Assembly: GCF_036780765.1 (NCBI RefSeq)
Contig: NZ_DAIQCG010000007.1
Coordinates: 55,217-119,216 of the forward strand
Reading direction: 5' to 3'
Length of the DNA: 64,000 bases
Source of the DNA: Epilithonimonas sp.
GTDB lineage: Bacteria > Bacteroidota > Bacteroidia > Flavobacteriales > Weeksellaceae
The first letter of the stretch is position 1, and each line of letters starts with the position of its first letter. The notes below the pieces were generated by a model that saw nothing but the letters and a program-made list of their open reading frames with translations, had not been told where the DNA came from and made no database searches. Below are positions 58,126 to 64,000 of the stretch, one piece after another. A program made the position numbers and the translations under genes.

Positions 58126-58158
58126 TAAAAAAGTTTCACTAAAGTGAAACAAAAAAAA
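58126..58158 (-). terminator. Hairpin after the DUF763 gene
   Basis: Perfect gtttcac-N4-gtgaaac (58133-58150) with A/T runs on both sides. Confidence 0.55.
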
Positions 58159-58196
58159 TAGAAAGTTCTTGATTTACAAAAATAAAATACTGAAAA

Positions 58197-59408
58197 TCAA
58201 AACAAACTCAACTGTATCCCATCATTCCCTTTCATAGGCTTCGCATCACCAAAAACAGATTTCCCACCAAATCGCCACGAGTTTTGTCGCTCCTCTTCTA
58301 TCACTTTTTCAAGACTAAAATCGGGTATGAAATTCTCTTCGGTTCTCACAGCAATTTCGTGTAGTTTTTTAATCGCAAGATTCTTATCCGTATTCCCCAA
58401 CTTAGCTTTCTCGATTCCAGTTCTAAGGATAGAAATCGTTTCGTCATAAGTTTGGGTCGGAACAGGAAACGGATGTCCGTCTTTTCCTCCGTGTGCAAAA
58501 GAAAACCTCGCTGGGTCTGTAAATCTGGAAGGCGCCCCGTGAATCACTTCGCTCACCAAAGCAAGAGACTGCATCGTTCGCGGACCAATACCTTTCAACA
58601 TCAGCAAATCTTCAAAATTCTCAGGTTCATTTTCTCTCGCCAGCCAAAGAATATTGCCCAGCTTTTTCATATCCACATCGCTCGCTAAAACTTCGTGATG
58701 AGCCGGCAAAATCAAACGTTGGAAATCCTGCATCCATTTCTCCGAATCGGTTTTTGTGATGTCAACTATTCCGTTTCTGTTTTGTTCGGCTTCAGAAGAT
58801 GTGAGATTTAGAATATTGCCACGATTAACGCCGGAGATTCCCGTGTGAGGTTCGTTGACAAAAGAAGTTACATTTTCTGACAGCCAATGATAACGTCTCG
58901 CTGTTCCGTCAGAATCGTGCATCCCTTGCTGAACAACGGCCCAATTTCCTTGGTCAGACAAAATAAAATTATGCAGATAAAGCTGATAACCATCTTGGAT
59001 AGCCGTATTATCAACCTTCGCAGACAACTTACTGCAACGCACCAATTCATCACCATTCAACCCTGTCGAATCTGCAATTCTCAGCAATTCATTCGGTGCA
59101 TCTTTGGAGAATTTTCCTTTTCCGCCGGCAATATAAATTCCAAGAGATTTTGAATTCGGATTGATGGCTCGTTTCAAAGCGCCCATCACAGAGGTCGTGA
59201 TTCCTGAAGAATGCCAGTCCATTCCCATCACCGCTCCAAAACTCTGAAACCAAAATGGGTCGGCTAAACGTCGAAGAACTTCATCTTTTCCATAATCTGC
59301 CAAAATCACTTCCACAATCGCCAGCCCAAGTCTGGACATACGCTCATAAAGCCAAGGCGGAACCTGACCGTAATGAAGGGGTAAATCTGCAGTTCCGGAA
59401 CGTTTCAT
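58197..59408 (-). CDS. DUF763 domain-containing protein
   Basis: 403 aa. MKRSGTADLPLHYGQVPPWLYERM...DPFWFQSFGAVMGMDWHSSGITTSVMGALK matches the conserved DUF763 N-terminus as I recall it. Confidence 0.7.
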   Translation of the reverse strand: MKRSGTADLPLHYGQVPPWLYERMSRLGLAIVEVILADYGKDEVLRRLADPFWFQSFGAVMGMDWHSSGITTSVMGALKRAINPNSKSLGIYIAGGKGKFSKDAPNELLRIADSTGLNGDELVRCSKLSAKVDNTAIQDGYQLYLHNFILSDQGNWAVVQQGMHDSDGTARRYHWLSENVTSFVNEPHTGISGVNRGNILNLTSSEAEQNRNGIVDITKTDSEKWMQDFQRLILPAHHEVLASDVDMKKLGNILWLARENEPENFEDLLMLKGIGPRTMQSLALVSEVIHGAPSRFTDPARFSFAHGGKDGHPFPVPTQTYDETISILRTGIEKAKLGNTDKNLAIKKLHEIAVRTEENFIPDFSLEKVIEEERQNSWRFGGKSVFGDAKPMKGNDGIQLSLF

Positions 59409-59411
59409 TAT

Positions 59412-59768
59412 TTATTTTTGATGATCAAAAAAAGCATTCAGATTTTCAAGATTCTTTTTATCACTTCCTGCAAAAACTTCATCATCTGTGATGAAAACCG
59501 GACGCTTCAAAAAACTGTAATGATCAAGAATTAATTTCTTAAAATCCTTTTCTTTCAAAGAACTCACATCAATTCCTCTTTCCTTGATTTGCGTCGATTT
59601 TTTACTAAAAAGCGCTTCATAGGATTTCGTTTTGTTGTACATTTCTTCCAGTTCAGCTTCAGTCACAGGTTGAGATTTTATTTCTCTCAATTCCCAATCA
59701 GAAAGGTCAAGAGGTGTCATTATTTTCTTGTTGGTTCCGCAGGTTTTGAGATAGAATACTTTTTTCAT
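59412..59768 (-). CDS. ArsC/Spx-family small redox protein
   Basis: MKKVFYLKTCGTNKKIM...LKRPVFITDDEV is the ArsC-family pattern. Start placed at the MKKVFY Met. The stop is 3 nt before the DUF763 start. Confidence 0.7.
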   Translation of the reverse strand: MKKVFYLKTCGTNKKIMTPLDLSDWELREIKSQPVTEAELEEMYNKTKSYEALFSKKSTQIKERGIDVSSLKEKDFKKLILDHYSFLKRPVFITDDEVFAGSDKKNLENLNAFFDHQK

Positions 59769-59891
59769 TGTTGTTAAAGTCAAGAGATTTAAAATAGAAT
59801 TTAAGAATCACAAATTTAGTGCAAATGTCAAATGAATAAAAGGTTGTAATCTAAAAATTCTTCCCTATTTTTGAATCTTAATAAGAATAAA

Positions 59892-60359
59892 ATGGAAAAT
59901 AAACCGGTTACATTTCAGTTCATTTCTGAACCGACAGACATTAATTTTGGAGGCAATGTTCACGGAGGAAGCGTGATGAAATGGATAGACCAAGTCGGTT
60001 ACGCCTGCGCGAGCAATTGGTCGGGAACATATTGCGTAACGGTTTATGTTGGCGGAATCCGATTTTATCAGCCAATCAAAATCGGAGATATTGTAAAGCT
60101 GGAATCACACGTCATTTTCACAGGAAGCACAAGTATGCATATCGCTATTGATGTATTTTCGAGAAATGTAAAAGAGAAACAATTTGAAAAGAAAACGCAT
60201 TGCATTATTGTTTTTGTAGCAGTTGACGAAAATGGAAAAGCTATGGAAGTTCCGAAATGGCAACCAACTACGGAAAAGGAAATTCAGCTAGAACAGTATG
60301 CAAAAAAACTAATGAATCTGAGAAAAGATATCGAAGACGAGATGAAACCATTTTTATAA
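59892..60359 (+). CDS. Acyl-CoA thioesterase (hotdog fold)
   Basis: GGNVHGGSVMKWIDQVGYACA core. Start placed at MENKPVTFQF. Confidence 0.8.
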   Translation: MENKPVTFQFISEPTDINFGGNVHGGSVMKWIDQVGYACASNWSGTYCVTVYVGGIRFYQPIKIGDIVKLESHVIFTGSTSMHIAIDVFSRNVKEKQFEKKTHCIIVFVAVDENGKAMEVPKWQPTTEKEIQLEQYAKKLMNLRKDIEDEMKPFL

Positions 60360-60411
60360 ATTTTCGTAAAAAATAGTTGTAGAATTAAAAATCATTTCTA
60401 AATTTGCTGTA

Positions 60412-60489
60412 ATGAAAACAATGAACACAAAAAATTGGTGGTGGCTTTCAAACTCTTTGTCGGGTCTGAAAGGATTATCAGTGTTCTAA
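60412..60489 (+). CDS. trp operon leader peptide (25 aa, three consecutive Trp codons)
   Basis: ATG at 60412 gives MKTMNTKNWWWLSNSLSGLKGLSVF*, with TGG TGG TGG at 60436-60444. It lies 110 nt upstream of trpE and is followed by a strong terminator. Confidence 0.7.
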   Translation: MKTMNTKNWWWLSNSLSGLKGLSVF

Positions 60490-60520
60490 AATTGTGAACT
60501 AACTATAACTCAATCATAAT

Positions 60521-60554
60521 AGACTTTGACAAATTTTGTTGAAGTCTTTTTTTT
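60521..60554 (+). terminator. trp attenuator (intrinsic terminator in the trpE leader)
   Basis: 12-bp stem 60521-60532 / 60536-60547 (two G-U pairs, 3-nt loop), then a T-run 60547-60554. It sits 46 nt before the trpE ATG. Confidence 0.7.
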
Positions 60555-60600
60555 GTTAATGACTTCGACAAGCTTTAATAAAAATTGAAAATTATTTAAA

Positions 60601-62025
60601 ATGAACTTGGAAAACATAATTAATATAAAAACTGTTGTCAAATCTCAATTGGCAGATTTGTTTACGCCAATCGGGATTTACCTTCGTCTGCGCGACCAGT
60701 TTCGGGACACGATTCTTTTGGAAAGTGCAGGAAATCAGAACTCTGAAAATTCGTTTTCTTTTATCTGTGTGAATGCTATTGCTGGAATAGAAATCCGAAA
60801 TTACAACGAAGCTGAACTGAAATTCCCACTTGAAAATCCTCAGAAAATCAATTTAGAAAATGAAAAATTATCTGATTTGATGCAGGAATTTTCAAACTGT
60901 TTTAAATCTGAAAAACCCAACCTCGAGATTGGAAAACAAGCGCAAGGATTTTTCGGATATACAAGTTATGATGCGATTCCTTTTTTTGAGAATATTAAAT
61001 TCAAAGAGCAATCGGATGAAAATAAAATCCCTTTGATGCGTTATCGCCTTTATCAATACGTGATTGCAATCAATCATCATAATGACGAAATGTTCCTGAT
61101 TGAAAATAAAATCAATGGATTGAAGTCTGAACTTTCAACCCTTGAAAGCATTATCAATCAAAAAAACGCTCCGGTTTTCCCTTTCGAATCTTTAGGCGAA
61201 GAAACTTCAAATCTAACGGATTCAGAGTTTTTGGAATCTGTAGAATTTGCGAAAAAACACTGTTTCCGTGGCGACGTTTTCCAATTGGTTTTGAGCAGAA
61301 GATTTGAACAGAAATTCCAAGGTGATGAGTTCAATGTTTATCGTTCATTGCGAAATATAAATCCTTCTCCTTACCTATTCTTCTTCGATTATGGCGATTA
61401 CAAATTGATGGGTTCCAGTCCAGAAAGTCAATTGATTATCAAAAACGGAAAAGCCATTATTCATCCGATTGCGGGAACTTTCAAAAGAACCGGAAACATA
61501 GAAAAAGATTTGGAATCTGCAGAAGAGCTCAAAAAAGACCCGAAAGAAAATGCGGAACACACGATGTTGGTGGATCTGGCAAGAAATGATTTGAGCATTC
61601 ACGGGAAAAATACAACGGTTTCCAAACTTAAAGAAATCCATTTTTTCTCTCACGTGATTCATATGGTTTCGGAAGTCGTAACCGATGTTAAAGAAGACCA
61701 AAATCCATACGAAATGATTGCAACTACTTTTCCGCAAGGCACTTTAAGTGGCGCTCCAAAATACCGAGCAATGCAATTGATTGATGAACACGAGAAAACT
61801 TCCAGAAGCTATTATGCAGGTTGTATTGGGTTTGTAGGCTTTGATGGAAGTTGTAACCAAGCGATTATGATTCGAACTTTTTTGAGTAAAAACAACACTC
61901 TATTTTATCAAGCTGGAGCTGGAATCACCGCCAAATCTGTTTCAGAAAGTGAGTTACAGGAAGTTAATAACAAACTTGGTGCTTTGAAAAAAGCGATTGT
62001 AAAAGCAGAACGAATTGTAAATTGA
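60601..62025 (+). CDS. trpE: Anthranilate synthase component I
   Basis: 474 aa. Chorismate-binding blocks (LLESA, PSPYLFFFDYGDYKLMGSSPE, GTLSGAPKYRAMQLIDE). Confidence 0.95.
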   Translation: MNLENIINIKTVVKSQLADLFTPIGIYLRLRDQFRDTILLESAGNQNSENSFSFICVNAIAGIEIRNYNEAELKFPLENPQKINLENEKLSDLMQEFSNCFKSEKPNLEIGKQAQGFFGYTSYDAIPFFENIKFKEQSDENKIPLMRYRLYQYVIAINHHNDEMFLIENKINGLKSELSTLESIINQKNAPVFPFESLGEETSNLTDSEFLESVEFAKKHCFRGDVFQLVLSRRFEQKFQGDEFNVYRSLRNINPSPYLFFFDYGDYKLMGSSPESQLIIKNGKAIIHPIAGTFKRTGNIEKDLESAEELKKDPKENAEHTMLVDLARNDLSIHGKNTTVSKLKEIHFFSHVIHMVSEVVTDVKEDQNPYEMIATTFPQGTLSGAPKYRAMQLIDEHEKTSRSYYAGCIGFVGFDGSCNQAIMIRTFLSKNNTLFYQAGAGITAKSVSESELQEVNNKLGALKKAIVKAERIVN

Positions 62026-62027
62026 TT

Positions 62028-62108
62028 TTGTCATTCAGAACGAAGCATAGCGTAGTGAAGAATCTCAAAAAATTTGAATTAAGATTCCTCCTCTAGTCGA
62101 AATGACAA
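62028..62108. repeat. Hairpin-type intergenic element, 'empty' copy
   Basis: The 38-nt core 62028-62065 is repeated at 63801-63838 (3 mismatches). The termini ttgtcatt / aatgacaa and the inner gaatct / agattc are inverted repeats. Confidence 0.7.
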
Positions 62109-62134
62109 AAAAATGACAAACTAAAAATATTAAA

Positions 62135-62752
62135 ATGGAAAATAATATAAAACCATCAACTAAAATTCTGGTGTTTGACAATTACGACAGTTTCACCTAT
62201 AATTTGGTTCAAATCATCGAACAAATTGTAGGCGAGAAAATAGATGTTTACAGAAATGACCAAATCCCTTTGGAAGACATTGAAAAATACGATAAAATCA
62301 TTCTTTCACCAGGTCCTGGGATTCCAGAAGAAGCTGGAATTTTGCTAGAAGTGATTAAAAAATATGCACCTACTAAATCTATTTTCGGAGTTTGTCTCGG
62401 TCAGCAGGCGATTGCCGAAGCTTTTGGTGGAAGTTTGATTAATCTTTCAGAAATCTATCACGGTGTTGCGACTGAAGCTACTCAAACCAGTGAACATCAT
62501 ATTTTCAATAATTTACCTAAAACTTTAGAGGTTGGAAGATACCATTCCTGGGCAGTAAATCCAGACGATTTTCCAGCAGAATTAGAAATCACAAGTATTG
62601 ATAAAAACGGAATGATTATGAGTTTGAAACATAAAACTTACGATGTTCACGCCGTTCAATATCATCCTGAAAGTATTTTAACGCCTGATGGAAAAAAGAT
62701 TTTAGAGAATTTTTTAAAGACGAATGCTGGAAGTCAGAAGTTAGAAGAATAA
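62135..62752 (+). CDS. trpG: Anthranilate synthase component II (glutamine amidotransferase)
   Basis: 205 aa. GVCLGQQAI nucleophile Cys and VQYHPES. Confidence 0.95.
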   Translation: MENNIKPSTKILVFDNYDSFTYNLVQIIEQIVGEKIDVYRNDQIPLEDIEKYDKIILSPGPGIPEEAGILLEVIKKYAPTKSIFGVCLGQQAIAEAFGGSLINLSEIYHGVATEATQTSEHHIFNNLPKTLEVGRYHSWAVNPDDFPAELEITSIDKNGMIMSLKHKTYDVHAVQYHPESILTPDGKKILENFLKTNAGSQKLEE

Positions 62753-62804
62753 ATATAACGCACAAATACTTCCGACTTTAGACATCTGACTTCGGACAAA
62801 TATT

Positions 62805-63791
62805 ATGAAACAAATCCTACAATACTTATTCAATCACCAAACTTTGACCAAAGCCGAAGCCAAAGCCATTTTGATTGAAATTTCACAAAATAAATTCAAC
62901 GAAAGCGAAGTCATTTCTTTCATTACAGTTTTCTTAATGCGAACTATTAGTCTGGAAGAACTAGAAGGTTTTCGTGAAGCACTTTTACAATTAGCAAAAC
63001 CTGTCGATTTGGGAACCAGAGATTTGGTAGATATCGTCGGAACAGGAGGTGATGGAAAAAACACCTTCAATATTTCCACTTTAGCAAGTTTCATCGTTGC
63101 AGGAACTGGACAAAAAGTAGCCAAACAAGGCAATTACGGCGCATCATCTATTTCTGGTTCGTCCAATGTTCTGGAAGAATTGGGTTACAAATTCAAAAAT
63201 AATTCTGAAGATTTGAAAGCCGATTTGGAAAAAGGAAATATCTGTTTTCTGCACGCACCGTTATTTCATCCCGCTTTGAAGTCGGTAGCTCCGCTCAGAA
63301 AACAACTTGGTTTGAAGACATTTTTCAATCTTTTGGGACCGTTGGTCAATCCTGCTCGCCCGGATTTCACAATGATTGGCGTTGCAAATCTTGAAATTGC
63401 GCGCGTTTATCAATATCTTTTGCAAAAACAAAAAAGCGAGTTTATGATTGTACACGCTTTGGATGGTTATGACGAAATTTCCTTAACTGGAGATACCAAA
63501 ATTTTCAGTAAAACTGGCGAGAAAATTTATTCCGCAGAAGATTTGAAATTCAAAAATATTGCACCAGAAAGCATTTTCGGAGGCGAAACCAAAGAACATG
63601 CAGCGAAATTATTTATCAAAATATTGGAAGGAAACGGAACGGAAGAACAAAGTTCTGTGGTTCTTGCTAATGCTTCAATTGCTTTGGAAAACACCGGAAA
63701 ATATGGCAATTATGATAGTTGTTTGGCTTTGGCCAAAGAAAGTTTGGAAAATGGAAAAGCGTTACAAAGTTTGAAAAACATTATCAAATAA
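62805..63791 (+). CDS. trpD: Anthranilate phosphoribosyltransferase
   Basis: 328 aa. GTGGDGKNTFNIST motif. Confidence 0.95.
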   Translation: MKQILQYLFNHQTLTKAEAKAILIEISQNKFNESEVISFITVFLMRTISLEELEGFREALLQLAKPVDLGTRDLVDIVGTGGDGKNTFNISTLASFIVAGTGQKVAKQGNYGASSISGSSNVLEELGYKFKNNSEDLKADLEKGNICFLHAPLFHPALKSVAPLRKQLGLKTFFNLLGPLVNPARPDFTMIGVANLEIARVYQYLLQKQKSEFMIVHALDGYDEISLTGDTKIFSKTGEKIYSAEDLKFKNIAPESIFGGETKEHAAKLFIKILEGNGTEEQSSVVLANASIALENTGKYGNYDSCLALAKESLENGKALQSLKNIIK

Positions 63792-63800
63792 ATTGAAAAT

Positions 63801-63838
63801 TTGTCATTCAGAACGTAGCATCGCGGAGTGAAGAATCT
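63801..63838. repeat. Second copy of the 38-nt core element, immediately upstream of the GIY-YIG gene
   Basis: ttgtcattcagaacgTagcatCgcgGagtgaagaatct compared with the copy at 62028-62065. Confidence 0.7.
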
Positions 63839-63852
63839 TTTTAAATTAAAGT

Positions 63853-64000
63853 ATGAAAACTTTAGGAACACATAATTATTATGTTTATATTCTGACAAAT
63901 AAGAATAAAACAGTTCTTTATACTGGAGTAACTAATGATTTGAAAGGCCGATTATTTTGGCATATGAATCCTGAATCTCATACTAATCATTTTACATATA
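63853..64000 (+). CDS. GIY-YIG nuclease family protein, N-terminal part (runs off the window end)
   Basis: MKTLGTHNYYVYILTNKNKTVLYTGVTNDLKGRLFWH contains the GIY-YIG core (YVYIL...LYTGVTNDLKGRL). Confidence 0.8.
   Translation, partial: MKTLGTHNYYVYILTNKNKTVLYTGVTNDLKGRLFWHMNPESHTNHFTY

Noticed and set aside
58133-58150. Palindrome gtttcac-N4-gtgaaac considered as an operator for the XRE-like gene.
   Set aside because: Its position 47 nt after the DUF763 stop, with T-runs on the minus strand, fits a terminator better. An operator role cannot be excluded but is not supported, especially as the XRE gene is disrupted.
62729-62797. Possible long hairpin spanning the trpG stop and the trpG-trpD spacer.
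   Set aside because: Only a 9-bp perfect pairing (gaagtcaga / tctgacttc) is solid, and the rest is patchy. It is kept only as supporting context for the repeat-word family, not called as a feature.

Overview
This is a low-GC chromosomal segment of a Flavobacteriia-type Bacteroidota genome. It looks Weeksellaceae/Chryseobacterium-like, judging from a GldI-like lipoprotein, TAnnTTTG -7 promoter boxes and characteristic intergenic repeat words. Most of the window is tightly packed housekeeping. Recognisable genes are typA (partial), agmatine-to-putrescine genes (aguA/aguB), S46 and M16 peptidases, ferredoxin-serC-serA-DUF1015, a bacteriophytochrome plus heme oxygenase pair, PPIases, ilvE, recQ, kpsF, tatC, tpx, monomeric icd and udk. 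There is also an iron-complex-type ABC importer, a MarR-fadN-fadA-fadE beta-oxidation operon and the start of a trp operon (trpE-trpG-trpD). I saw no rRNA, tRNA, CRISPR array, integrase or transposase.

The best candidate for something undescribed is a very AT-rich three-gene operon at 56199-57675 (minus strand). It sits in a small islet between fadE and a DUF763 gene. Its middle protein appears to fuse a HicB-type antitoxin domain to a HicA-like toxin domain. It is flanked by two proteins of no family I recognise, an orphan DUF2683-type antitoxin gene and an XRE/HigA-like gene carrying an in-frame stop.

Other points worth a second look:
- Three tandem paralogous secreted proteins (30330-33033).
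- Two four-helix-bundle (23S-IVS-protein family) genes, each nested inside inverted repeats between the fad genes.
- A WWW leader peptide plus attenuator upstream of trpE.
- A 38-nt repeat found empty between trpE and trpG and again directly before a GIY-YIG nuclease gene after trpD.
- A deletion scar made of two facing 5' gene fragments.
- An ABC importer with no binding-protein gene, a thioredoxin-fold lipoprotein and an extremely AT-rich inserted membrane ORF.

All family assignments come from reading motifs by eye. No database search was run.
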